From: a virus
DNA: 64,000 bases
IMG/VR virus record: IMGVR_UViG_3300032224_001146
Span: 23,194-87,193 of that record
Reading direction: 5' to 3' (one strand)
The notes beneath the pieces are model-generated. The model saw only the letters and a list, made by a program, of their open reading frames with translations. It made no database searches and was not told the origin of the DNA. Made by a program: the position numbers and the translations under genes. Shown piece after piece: positions 1-9,066 of this stretch (positions within the stretch are counted from its first letter, which is position 1; each line of letters starts with the position of its first letter).

Positions 1-588
1 ACATTGATTGTGTCTGGTACAGCAACACAATCCTTTGGTACATCTTCACAAGCTAGACCATTGGTATCAATTAGAATTGCCCCTTCAGTAGACAATGGTC
101 TTGGAAGAAATTATGGAATTCGTGAAATTGTTAACCACATGCAGCTTAACCTTTCATCAATTGGTATTTTGTCCTCTGGACAGTTCCTTGTACAAGGATT
201 TTTGAACCCAGCTTCAATGGCTGGTGTATCAATTCCAGGAGATTGGGAAACTACAAGAATTCCAGGTGGTTCTCTTGCACAAGTAATTTATCATGATGGT
301 TCTGGAGTTCCAGGAACAACAATTACTAACCCAACAAATACAATTACGGGAGGTGACCAGGTGTTTGCGTTCTATACTGAAAACTCTGGTGGTGATAACC
401 TTTCTGTTACAAACTTTGATCTTTCAAAAGTAAGAGATCTTGGAACATCAATTCTTTCTGGAAATGGAAATACTTCAGCTCCAGGATATCCAAATGGTCC
501 AGATATTCTTACAATCGTAGCAACAAACCTTGGTGCTACAACTGGTAACATTACAACACGTCTGTCTTGGACAGAAGCTCAAGCTTAA
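1..588 (+). CDS. Virion structural/tail-associated protein, 5'-truncated
   Basis: Open frame runs from the window edge to TAA at 588. G/T/S/N-rich beta-type composition. Lies at the head of the tail-appendage cluster. Confidence 0.5.
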   Translation, partial: TLIVSGTATQSFGTSSQARPLVSIRIAPSVDNGLGRNYGIREIVNHMQLNLSSIGILSSGQFLVQGFLNPASMAGVSIPGDWETTRIPGGSLAQVIYHDGSGVPGTTITNPTNTITGGDQVFAFYTENSGGDNLSVTNFDLSKVRDLGTSILSGNGNTSAPGYPNGPDILTIVATNLGATTGNITTRLSWTEAQA

Positions 589-600
589 TAGGGGGAATAG

Positions 601-1269
601 ATGCCAAGTTTCAGTACTTTATCTAATCAGATAACAGTATTTAAAAATAAGGTTGATGCATTAACAGCATCAGGTAGCCTTACAGCTAATGACCTACTCC
701 TTCTTGCAGAAGCACTAACTGTTATTGGAACAGCATTAGGTGTACAAGATATTGTAGCAGCAACAGCTGATGCAGTTACTCAAGTACAAGCAGCTGGAAC
801 ATCAACAATTGCAACAGTAAATGCAACTGCAAATGGAACTGCTGTATCAAATCTTCAATCTTCATATAATACATTACAATCATCTTATACAAATCTATCT
901 CCTCGTGTTACATCACTTGAAACAACAAGCACTTCTCAAGCATCAGCAATTGCCACAGCATCAGCATTGGCATCCCTCGGTGGATGGAATGCTTGGCAGC
1001 TTGTAACAGCAAATAAAACATTAGTAAATGCTGATAGAGTATTTGTGGTTCCAGCAGCTAACTTGGTAATTACACTTCCAGTAACTCCATCAATTGGACA
1101 AGCAGTAAGAATTGTTGATGCTGCAGGAACAGCAGGAACAACAAACTTTACAATTGCAAGAAATGGTTCTAATATTATGGGTGTAGGTCAAGATATGACT
1201 GTAAATACAAACTCTGCTAGACTACACTTGGTTTATGTTGATTCAACAAGAGGATGGAGATTAGTATAG
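601..1269 (+). CDS. Tail fibre-like protein (helical N-terminus plus C-terminal T4 fibre/baseplate-like beta domain)
   Basis: SD-like GGGGG upstream. C-terminal 'ITLPVTPSIGQAVRIVD..G..TTNFTIARNGSNIMG...LVYVDSTRGWRLV' matches a common phage fibre repeat. N-terminus is paralogous to 7054..7386. Confidence 0.6.
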   Translation: MPSFSTLSNQITVFKNKVDALTASGSLTANDLLLLAEALTVIGTALGVQDIVAATADAVTQVQAAGTSTIATVNATANGTAVSNLQSSYNTLQSSYTNLSPRVTSLETTSTSQASAIATASALASLGGWNAWQLVTANKTLVNADRVFVVPAANLVITLPVTPSIGQAVRIVDAAGTAGTTNFTIARNGSNIMGVGQDMTVNTNSARLHLVYVDSTRGWRLV

Positions 1270-1661
1270 TGGCACTTTATAGCGATGTTGTTAACTCAAC
1301 AATGAATTTTACTAATATCACCACAACAGGAGCCACAATCTCTGGATATAAAACAGGACGAATTGATCTGGGAACAACAAGCGGTACAGTAAACCTAGAT
1401 TTATCTCTTTCAAATGATTTTACATGTACACTAAATGGAAATACAACATTTAATATTACAAACACTCCATCAACTGGAGTTGTGGGATTTTCACTACAGC
1501 TTAATGGTGGAGGATCTTATACAGTAACATTTACAAATGCCAAGTATCCAGCAGCTACAGCACCAGCTTTAACTGCAGGTGGAATTGATGTTATTACATT
1601 TATTACATACGATAATGGAACTTCTTGGAGAGGCACAGTAGCGATGAAGGACTCAAGATAA
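1269..1661 (+). CDS. Tail fibre-associated beta-sandwich protein
   Basis: GTG start overlaps the previous stop (TAGTG). 'FNITNTP..G.VGFSLQLNGGGSYTVTF...APALT....D.ITFITYDNGTSW' is paralogous to 9066..9503. Confidence 0.55.
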   Translation: MALYSDVVNSTMNFTNITTTGATISGYKTGRIDLGTTSGTVNLDLSLSNDFTCTLNGNTTFNITNTPSTGVVGFSLQLNGGGSYTVTFTNAKYPAATAPALTAGGIDVITFITYDNGTSWRGTVAMKDSR

Positions 1662-2161
1662 TGTATGCACAAGTTATAGATGAAGAAATCGTTCAAGTTA
1701 TTGATGAGCAATCATTAAGAGAGTTATATCCATCAACACATTTTCCATCACCAATCCTTCAGTCACATCTAGAAGGTTTTGATGATTGGTATGTCGTTCA
1801 AGATGATCCAACAGTTCCAGAATTTGATAAGGCAACAAAAAAACTTTTGTTTACCCGTGAATGGAATGCGGGAGCAGTTGTTGGATCTTATAAAGTTTTA
1901 AATTTAACAAATGATGAAAAAAAAGCGGCACAAGATGCTCAATGGGTAACTGTTAAGTATAATAGAAATAACATGCTTAAAGCTACAGATTATCTTATGC
2001 TTACAGATGTTTATAAGAACTTTAATGCATCTGAAAAAACACAAATTGCAGATTTTAGACAAGCACTTAGAGATATTACAGAACAAGCAGATCCATTTAA
2101 TATTGAGTATCCAACATTAGGAATTTCATCGGTTACATTACCAGACTTATTGAGGTCTTAA
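1661..2161 (+). CDS. Phage tail fibre assembly chaperone
   Basis: TAATG coupling to the previous gene. C-terminal 'RNNMLKATDYLMLTD...FRQALRDITEQADPFNIEYP' is the typical tail-assembly-chaperone motif. Confidence 0.75.
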   Translation: MYAQVIDEEIVQVIDEQSLRELYPSTHFPSPILQSHLEGFDDWYVVQDDPTVPEFDKATKKLLFTREWNAGAVVGSYKVLNLTNDEKKAAQDAQWVTVKYNRNNMLKATDYLMLTDVYKNFNASEKTQIADFRQALRDITEQADPFNIEYPTLGISSVTLPDLLRS

Positions 2162-3079
2162 ATGCCATTTCCACCAAATAGATATATGGCTTCTCCTCAA
2201 GCAAAAACATTTTTGCTTAGAGAAATTATTACTACAGGCTATCTTTTATCTGGATATCAAAATTCAAGTGTATGGCGTAACGTAAATAGAATGCAACATT
2301 CTACAGATACATCAACAAATCTTGGAGATTTACTTCCTTCAGGTGGAGCTTATTGCGGTGGAATTTGTGGATCAACATATGCATACCTTTTAAGAACTAT
2401 GTCTTCTTTTTGTCCAACTAGCAATGGTGTTTCACAATTACAGATGGTTACAGAAACAGGATCTACAGGACCTACAATGCCATATACAGTTGCACAAACA
2501 GGACAAGGATGCCAGCAAGAAAAATTAAAGGCATGGGTTGTTCCAAATGGAAACAATGCCCTTATGCGTTTTGATTTTACAACTCAAGCATGGCTTTCAT
2601 CAGTTGGATTATCTTATGTTGGTTATGGCGGCGGAGGAAACTCTTCATTCTTTACAGAAACAAAGGGTTGGACATATGAAGATGGAAACGCTTCTATGAA
2701 AATGACATTTGCAACAGAGACTCAGTCTTCTGCATCTCCAGCTGGAGCACACGATCAACAGCATGGTCAATCTTCAAAGCTTACATATGTATATGCAGGT
2801 AATGAAGGATCATATAATGGTGGTTATAACCTTCGCAGATGGAATGTTACAACAGAAACAAATGCTGGAAATATTACAAAGCCTTGTGGAAATACTGGAG
2901 AAGAAAATTTTGATATGGGTCAAGATCATGGTTATATGATGGGCTCATATGATGGAGCACAGAACAATAGATCTTATAGATTAAATTACACCACAGATAG
3001 TGGTTTTGAGGGCGGAGCAACAATGCAGCCCAAGGGCGTAGGTGGCAGAAGTTCTGGCATCGCAGCGTGGAGAGCATAG
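2162..3079 (+). CDS. Kelch-like six-repeat beta-propeller protein, probable virion component
   Basis: Six ~45-aa repeats with a G[YW]..G start and [R/K]xxxxT[DE]T end (GYLLSGY..RMQHSTDT, KGWTYEDG..KMTFATET, HGYMMGSY..RLNYTTDS). Confidence 0.5.
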   Translation: MPFPPNRYMASPQAKTFLLREIITTGYLLSGYQNSSVWRNVNRMQHSTDTSTNLGDLLPSGGAYCGGICGSTYAYLLRTMSSFCPTSNGVSQLQMVTETGSTGPTMPYTVAQTGQGCQQEKLKAWVVPNGNNALMRFDFTTQAWLSSVGLSYVGYGGGGNSSFFTETKGWTYEDGNASMKMTFATETQSSASPAGAHDQQHGQSSKLTYVYAGNEGSYNGGYNLRRWNVTTETNAGNITKPCGNTGEENFDMGQDHGYMMGSYDGAQNNRSYRLNYTTDSGFEGGATMQPKGVGGRSSGIAAWRA

Positions 3080-3091
3080 ATAGGAAAATAA

Positions 3092-3826
3092 ATGCGTTAC
3101 ATCAATGACATTGAGTCTGATGTTTCCAATTATACAAAAGAACAAAAAGACATTCTTTTGTATTCCGTAAATAGAAACTGGGGAACCCCAGTATTTAAAA
3201 TGGATAATTTTATTGGAAATGCACAATACTCACCATTTGGTAAGCTAAGACAATTCATGCTGGAACTAAAAACCAGAGAAGATATGATCCTTAAAATGGA
3301 GCATGAAATTGAAAAAACAAAACTTCAAATTGAATTGATTGAAGAATATAAGCAACAGGTATCTTCTCCAGCACAATTAAAGCTACATGATTTGGATATT
3401 AAAGAAAAATATAGAGAGCTGGATAATGTTAAAAATATTTTAACTATGTCTTATGAAGAACGTGACAAGTTTATGATGCTTATTACCAGATTTAATGAAT
3501 CTGAAGAAGGTATGTTGCCAGATGGTAGAAGAGTCATTGATATTATTGGTAATTATGAAGAGGAAGAACGACTAGAAGCAGAACTTTGGATTACCCGCCT
3601 GGGACAACAAGCAGCAAATGATCTTTTATTCTATGGTCATGTTGGCGTTGGAAATATGGAAGCAATTGGCCAGTTGCCAGAAAAAGATCAGATGAAAGCA
3701 ATTGAATGTGCGGTAGAAAAAACAATTACTACTGGACATAAATTAGAAATTGCACATAAGGTTGTTTCAGAAAAATTAGCTTTAGAAGCTACAGATTCTT
3801 CAGACTGGGAAGAACTAGAAGTATAA
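3092..3826 (+). CDS. Hypothetical coiled-coil protein
   Basis: 244-aa ORF with SD (AGGA). E/K-rich heptad region. Confidence 0.6.
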   Translation: MRYINDIESDVSNYTKEQKDILLYSVNRNWGTPVFKMDNFIGNAQYSPFGKLRQFMLELKTREDMILKMEHEIEKTKLQIELIEEYKQQVSSPAQLKLHDLDIKEKYRELDNVKNILTMSYEERDKFMMLITRFNESEEGMLPDGRRVIDIIGNYEEEERLEAELWITRLGQQAANDLLFYGHVGVGNMEAIGQLPEKDQMKAIECAVEKTITTGHKLEIAHKVVSEKLALEATDSSDWEELEV

Positions 3827-4386
3827 TGATTTATATAATTTATGATATTGAAAGCATAGGAAATCATCAAGGTTATATTGAAGAAATTGGTGGTTACTTG
3901 GGTCTTAGATTTGGTAGGTTTGACGAATCGCTTTTGCCATATATAAAAATGATTGATTGCCTAGTTGTTCCAGAAAAAGTTGCAATGGCATATAAATTTG
4001 CGGGAAAACTAAAAGGAAGCATAAGCGTAAGAATAGGAACTACTCAGTACGATCAACTTGGAGAAGATGTCCTAGAAGTATATAAAGATAAATTTAAATA
4101 TTATTTTACAGAAGAAGACAAAGTAAATGCAGTACTTTGTGATAAAGCAGTTATGCATCACATGTTAAATAAATATTATTATAATAAAATATCTATATCT
4201 TTAACTACTCTTAAAATATTTAGAGATGAAAACTGGCAATCAGAACATGTTCTTATTGAAAAGAAAAAACAAATAATGGGGGAAATAGATGCTTGCCAAA
4301 CTATGGAAGATACGGTAAACTTATTACACAACCGTTTTGGCATCCAAAAAGATTATCTTTCTGGAGATTTTAAACTAGATTTGTAG
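3826..4386 (+). CDS. Hypothetical protein
   Basis: 186-aa ORF translationally coupled (TAATG) to the previous gene. Confidence 0.6.
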   Translation: MIYIIYDIESIGNHQGYIEEIGGYLGLRFGRFDESLLPYIKMIDCLVVPEKVAMAYKFAGKLKGSISVRIGTTQYDQLGEDVLEVYKDKFKYYFTEEDKVNAVLCDKAVMHHMLNKYYYNKISISLTTLKIFRDENWQSEHVLIEKKKQIMGEIDACQTMEDTVNLLHNRFGIQKDYLSGDFKLDL

Positions 4387-4390
4387 GATA

Positions 4391-6034
4391 ATGTTTAGCG
4401 TTCCTCTTAACCCAAAGTTAAAAGAAAATCAATTAAACGAATTTATAGTATTCTTAAAAGAATACAAATCGTTTATTTATGATTTTTATTTTACCTGCAG
4501 AGTTGAACCATTTACTCAAGATGCCATGGGAGATGTTTTTCAAGGCGGAAAAGAAGATCACGAGTACCTTGTCTCCCTTGCCCTTTATATTCAAAATGAA
4601 ACTGGAGTAACTGCTTCAGCAGTATTTAATAATATTGAGGTAAGACCATCGCAGCAGAACCTTGATTTATTTATAGAGTCTTTTAGGCCAGTATATGAAT
4701 CTGGAATTAGATCAGCAACAATTCCCCACACACACTGGATGGCAACAGGACAAATCAAAAAAGCTTTTCCAGAGTTATTTGTAAAAAATACTATCCTTCG
4801 AAATGTATCAGAACCAAGAGATATAGAAAAATTGGCAAAAGCTGGATTTGATTATATTAACCTTGACCGTGATCTTATGAGGGATCATGAAAAACTAAAA
4901 AGATTTAAAAAGGCTAAACAACAATTTGGAGTAAAGCTATCTTTGCTAGCAAATGAAAGTTGTTATGGCGGATGTATTATGATGGATGAACATTATCAGT
5001 TTAATAATACCCGCACAGATGGGCCTCAATATTTTAATGATCCAATAAGCCGTGTATCTTGCCCAAAATGGGACCATGAGGATTTTGCGGTATCATTGAA
5101 AACAGCTAATTTTCCGCCCTGGCGTGAAGATTGGCAGGAGTTTATTGATGACCTTGGGATTGATGTTATTAAAATGCATGGGAGGGAGTCCCATACAAGG
5201 CTTAAAGAAACTATGGATATAATCAGGAGGTATGCCAATAATGAAGAAATTCTATTTGACAGCTTTAATGATTTTATTGAAGAAACTAATATGGTTGATA
5301 AGCCGATTACCATCTGGCGTAATAAGATCAAGAATTGTAAATTTGATTGCTGGGATTGTGGCTATTGCGACAAAATAATGGCTGCTAAATATGGCAACCA
5401 TATTAATCCAAAAGTTGCTATGGTTGCACAAGAGTTGGTTAATTCTGTAAATGCACCAATTGAAATTAATATTCCTGGGTTAACATCAACTAGAGTTCAA
5501 TCTTTAATTAATGGATTAGCAAAAAATTCATCTAAATATTTAGAAATTGGTTCTTATCAAGGTGCTACAGCAGCTAGTGCTTTATTGGGAAATAATCTAT
5601 CAGCGTACTTTGTAGATACGTGGCAGGAAGCCCCACAAGCAGTTAGAGATGGTTGGGAGACACCAATCACTAATACACTAGAAGAATTTAAAAATAATAT
5701 TAAGCCTTACACGGGTAATAATAAAATATTTATATCTAACTCTGATATGTTTAAAGTTAATGTTTCTAAGATTTCAGACGTTGATCTTTTCTTTTATGAT
5801 GGCCCTCATGATTTTGAGTCCACAAAAAATGCGGTCAAGTATTACTCACCTTCATTTGCTAATCAATCTATTTTAATATTTGATGATGCAAATTGGACGG
5901 AAGTTGTGCAGGGTGCCCATAAGGGAATAGTTGAATCTGGATTAACAATATTGTATAGTAAGAAGATATTAAATAGCTTAGAATCCGACACCGACTGGTG
6001 GAATGGACTTTATATAGTAGTTGTGGAAAAGTAA
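4391..6034 (+). CDS. Peptidase-U32-family (Fe-S hydroxylase-like) domain fused to a class I SAM methyltransferase (Methyltransf_24-like)
   Basis: N-terminal part: 'GFDYINLDRDLMRD', 'LLANESCYGGC', 'IDVIKMHGRE' (cf. U32 K-x-x-G-R), 'CKFDCWDCGYC'. C-terminal part: 'YLEIGSYQGATA' (motif I), 'VDTW', 'DLFFYDGPHD', 'IFDD'. Confidence 0.7.
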   Translation: MFSVPLNPKLKENQLNEFIVFLKEYKSFIYDFYFTCRVEPFTQDAMGDVFQGGKEDHEYLVSLALYIQNETGVTASAVFNNIEVRPSQQNLDLFIESFRPVYESGIRSATIPHTHWMATGQIKKAFPELFVKNTILRNVSEPRDIEKLAKAGFDYINLDRDLMRDHEKLKRFKKAKQQFGVKLSLLANESCYGGCIMMDEHYQFNNTRTDGPQYFNDPISRVSCPKWDHEDFAVSLKTANFPPWREDWQEFIDDLGIDVIKMHGRESHTRLKETMDIIRRYANNEEILFDSFNDFIEETNMVDKPITIWRNKIKNCKFDCWDCGYCDKIMAAKYGNHINPKVAMVAQELVNSVNAPIEINIPGLTSTRVQSLINGLAKNSSKYLEIGSYQGATAASALLGNNLSAYFVDTWQEAPQAVRDGWETPITNTLEEFKNNIKPYTGNNKIFISNSDMFKVNVSKISDVDLFFYDGPHDFESTKNAVKYYSPSFANQSILIFDDANWTEVVQGAHKGIVESGLTILYSKKILNSLESDTDWWNGLYIVVVEK

Positions 6035-6035
6035 T

Positions 6036-6950
6036 ATGCCAAGTTTATCTATTTTATTTCAAGAATGGTACTACATTCTTATGTTGGGAACCGTGCTGGT
6101 TCTTTCATATTATGCTAAAAAATATGATGTGTTTCAACCTTTGTATTTATCAATTTCAAGAATATTTAAATCTAAAAGAGCGGTCATTGCAATAACTTCA
6201 GCAATTGCTGGGGTACTTCCAATTAATGGTCGTGTAGTTATTTCAGCGGGAGTTTTAAATACTGTAGCACCGCAAGATAAAGAAAAACGCAAGAAATATG
6301 CCGTAATTGATTATTTGGCTACTCATCATTTTTATTTTTGGTCCCCATTAGAGCAAACGGTAATTATTCCAATGGCTGCACTTCATATTAGTTATTGGAC
6401 ATTCCTAGGACGTACCTGGGCTATTTTGGCTACAGCAATTACATGTGCCCTTTGGTATATTTTTGGAGTACTTAAAGAAGAAGACGTTGAAATAAATTTT
6501 AGGTCAGAACGCAAAAAGCACAATATGGATCCAGCAAAAGAATTTAGAAGCGGATTAAAAACAATGTTGTTTGTCACAGGCCTATTAATGATGGGTAATT
6601 TTGTTGGATATCATCATGAGGCATTTCAACGTATGTTTGATAATGCTCAAAAAACTAGCTTGCTTATAGTGGTTTTAATAGCCTCATTTGCCATCAGTTG
6701 GCTTTTGGGAAGTAGCGAAAAGTTTTCAGGACTTATTGGAATATCTTCAGCAGCATTTGGCCTTCAATATCTTCCAATTCTTTTTGCAGTAAATTGGGCT
6801 GGATACTTTTTGTCCCCAATGCACAAATGTATGCTTCTGGGAAGACAGATTTTTGGGGCCTCATTCAAAGATTACTACAGGGTCTTGGTGGGAGTCGTAT
6901 CAATGGTTATTTTGGTGGGTATAGTCCATACATATACTACAGGGCTTTAG
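6036..6950 (+). CDS. Polytopic membrane protein, DUF401/ion-transporter-superfamily-like
   Basis: Roughly 8-9 hydrophobic segments. 'HHFYFWSPL' and 'GYFLSPMHKC' resemble the DUF401 'RH..EY.WPL' and 'G..LSP.H.C' motifs. Confidence 0.55.
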   Translation: MPSLSILFQEWYYILMLGTVLVLSYYAKKYDVFQPLYLSISRIFKSKRAVIAITSAIAGVLPINGRVVISAGVLNTVAPQDKEKRKKYAVIDYLATHHFYFWSPLEQTVIIPMAALHISYWTFLGRTWAILATAITCALWYIFGVLKEEDVEINFRSERKKHNMDPAKEFRSGLKTMLFVTGLLMMGNFVGYHHEAFQRMFDNAQKTSLLIVVLIASFAISWLLGSSEKFSGLIGISSAAFGLQYLPILFAVNWAGYFLSPMHKCMLLGRQIFGASFKDYYRVLVGVVSMVILVGIVHTYTTGL

Positions 6951-7025
6951 TAGGCTTCTTAAGACTTACTAAGGTATAATAAGAAGTATTGTAGGCTGGC
7001 GGGAACCTAAACAATAATTGGATTA

Positions 7026-7034
7026 TGCTATAAT
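7026..7034 (+). promoter_or_regulatory. Extended -10 promoter (TGCTATAAT)
   Basis: TGnTATAAT motif followed by SD AGGAG and ATG at 7054. The same motif recurs at other operon starts. Confidence 0.6.
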
Positions 7035-7053
7035 TTAGTACAGGAGAAATATT

Positions 7054-7386
7054 ATGCCAAGTTATGACAGTTTATCAAGTCAAATCACTACCTTCAAGAC
7101 TAAGGTAGATGCTCTTAGCAGCAGCACCCTCTCTGCTCAAGACCTAGTGTTTCTTGCAAAAGCAATTGAAGCAATGGGAAATCTTTTAGGGGTAAATGAT
7201 ATTGTAGCTGCTACTTCATCTAGCATCAATTCAATTCAATCTTCTGGATCAGGTCAGGTAACTTCAGTGCAAACAGCTGGTGCAACACAAATTGCAGCAG
7301 TAAATACAGCTGGAACACAGAACATTGCTAGCCTTGCATCACAGATCAGCAACTACACTTTATACACAAATATGGGAGTAATTTAA
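7054..7386 (+). CDS. Virion appendage protein, paralog of the 601..1269 N-terminus
   Basis: MPSYDSLSSQITTFKTKVDAL...LGVNDIVAAT versus MPSFSTLSNQITVFKNKVDAL...LGVQDIVAAT. Confidence 0.6.
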   Translation: MPSYDSLSSQITTFKTKVDALSSSTLSAQDLVFLAKAIEAMGNLLGVNDIVAATSSSINSIQSSGSGQVTSVQTAGATQIAAVNTAGTQNIASLASQISNYTLYTNMGVI

Positions 7387-7387
7387 T

Positions 7388-7705
7388 ATGGCAACAGTAA
7401 GCTTACCAGCACGTTTTGCTGCAGGAACAGCAACAACATCAGAAACAACAATTCTAACAGTTCCTGGCGGAGAGACAGATGTAGTTACTTCTGTTACCTT
7501 CGATAATATCACAGACGCAGCCAACCAAGTAACATTGAAGATGGCTGGAATTAACTTCTGCAAAAATCTTGATCTCGCACCAAGATCTTTGACAGTTCTA
7601 GACTTTAAGCAAGTATTAAATACAGCAGAGACAATTACAGTTACAGCATCAGTTAACTCTGGTGTTACATACTTTATCTCTGGCGTAAAGATCACAAACG
7701 TATAA
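7388..7705 (+). CDS. Small beta-rich virion protein, paralog of 11655..12017
   Basis: Shared pattern 'LP.RF....T.TT......T....LT..D..QV....ETI...A.V..G....SGV.I.N'. Confidence 0.55.
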   Translation: MATVSLPARFAAGTATTSETTILTVPGGETDVVTSVTFDNITDAANQVTLKMAGINFCKNLDLAPRSLTVLDFKQVLNTAETITVTASVNSGVTYFISGVKITNV

Positions 7706-7729
7706 TTAGAAATTAGAGGAGTTTAAACA

Positions 7730-8707
7730 ATGGCTGTAGCAAATTCAACTACACAAATTTTAGTGCCAGGTCTTGATAAATCAGTTCAAGATAACTTAAA
7801 TGCAGCATTAAATTCAAATACAACACTTGCTGGTGTACTTGCAGCAGCAGGAAACATTGCAATTAAAGTAGTCAAGCCTGTTACAGTCAAATTAGATTCT
7901 ACTCAATATTGGACACGACCAGCAAATACAGTTTCGGCTATTGATGCTATTGTTGTTGGTGCTGGAGGTTCTGGCGGTTGTGGACACTCATCACATTATT
8001 CTGGCGGTGGCGGAGGTGGCGGTCAGGTAATTAGAAGAAATTTAGATATTTCTTCTGTTGCAGTAGGACAATCAATCCTTGTTACAATTGGTTCAGGAGG
8101 AGCTGCAGTTTCTGGTTCAAGTAATACAAATGGTAACAATGGTGGAAATACAACATTAACTTATGGTGCAACAACTATTACTGCTTACGGCGGTGGCGGT
8201 GGCGGAGCTTACGGTAACCATGCACCACAATCACCAGGTGGATCAACTGGCGGTGGAGGTTCAAGAACTCACCACGGTGCAGGCGGTGGCGGTGGCGGAG
8301 CTGGCGGTGCAGGCGGACAAGGCTGGGGACAAAATCAAGAACACTCTTGGAGAATGAGAGCAGGACATGCTTCACATACTCCTGCAACAGATGAAGGTTC
8401 ATCAATGGGTGGAATGGGAATGGGTGGAGATTCATCTGGTTCACAATCTACAACTGGTGGACAAGGTGGAAGAGGACTTTACGGACTTGGCGGAGGTGGC
8501 GGTGGCGGAGGCCGTCATGCAATGGGTGGAGGTTCTAACGGTGGTGGAGCAGGTGGAGCAGGAAATGGTTCTCCTTATGGTTCAGCAGGACAACCTGGAA
8601 TTGATGGTTCAGGTGGCGGAGGCGGAGGTGCTACAGATGGTAGCACTGGAGGTAAGGGCGGCAATGGAACTGTCGTTCTAACATATTGGTTAAAGGAGAG
8701 TGCATAA
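7730..8707 (+). CDS. Glycine-rich (polyglycine II) adhesin/fibre-like protein
   Basis: 'WTRPAN...VVGAGGSGG', multiple GGGGGG runs, C-terminal 'GGKGGNGTVVLTY'. Paralog of 9517..10509. Confidence 0.65.
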   Translation: MAVANSTTQILVPGLDKSVQDNLNAALNSNTTLAGVLAAAGNIAIKVVKPVTVKLDSTQYWTRPANTVSAIDAIVVGAGGSGGCGHSSHYSGGGGGGGQVIRRNLDISSVAVGQSILVTIGSGGAAVSGSSNTNGNNGGNTTLTYGATTITAYGGGGGGAYGNHAPQSPGGSTGGGGSRTHHGAGGGGGGAGGAGGQGWGQNQEHSWRMRAGHASHTPATDEGSSMGGMGMGGDSSGSQSTTGGQGGRGLYGLGGGGGGGGRHAMGGGSNGGGAGGAGNGSPYGSAGQPGIDGSGGGGGGATDGSTGGKGGNGTVVLTYWLKESA

Positions 8708-9066
8708 TGTCGTACAGATCATTGGCTTTGGTTAATTCGGATAACATTGTTGAAAATGTATTGGTAATGCCTAGCGATGAAGCAGAATATAATGAATTGC
8801 TTCCTAAGTTAGAAAAAGATTTAGCACCACTTAAATTAATTGAGTGCACAGATTGGGAAGACCCAACTGGATTGCATTCACATGTTGGAGTTGGCTTTAC
8901 ATGGGATGGATCAAAGTTTATTGGTATTCCAAAAGGTGTAGACACAATTACAGAAGAAGATTTAAAAAGAGCAGAAGAAATGCTTAAGAGAGATCAAGAG
9001 CTAGCTGCAGAAAGACTTGCACAAGGGTTAGATGCACCAGCAGTTGCACCAGGAGGAACAAACTAA
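8707..9066 (+). CDS. Small protein following the Gly-rich fibre, probable chaperone
   Basis: TAATG coupling. 'ALVNSDNIVENVLV...VGVGFTWDGSKFI' pattern is typical of genes downstream of Gly-rich fibres. Confidence 0.5.
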   Translation: MSYRSLALVNSDNIVENVLVMPSDEAEYNELLPKLEKDLAPLKLIECTDWEDPTGLHSHVGVGFTWDGSKFIGIPKGVDTITEEDLKRAEEMLKRDQELAAERLAQGLDAPAVAPGGTN

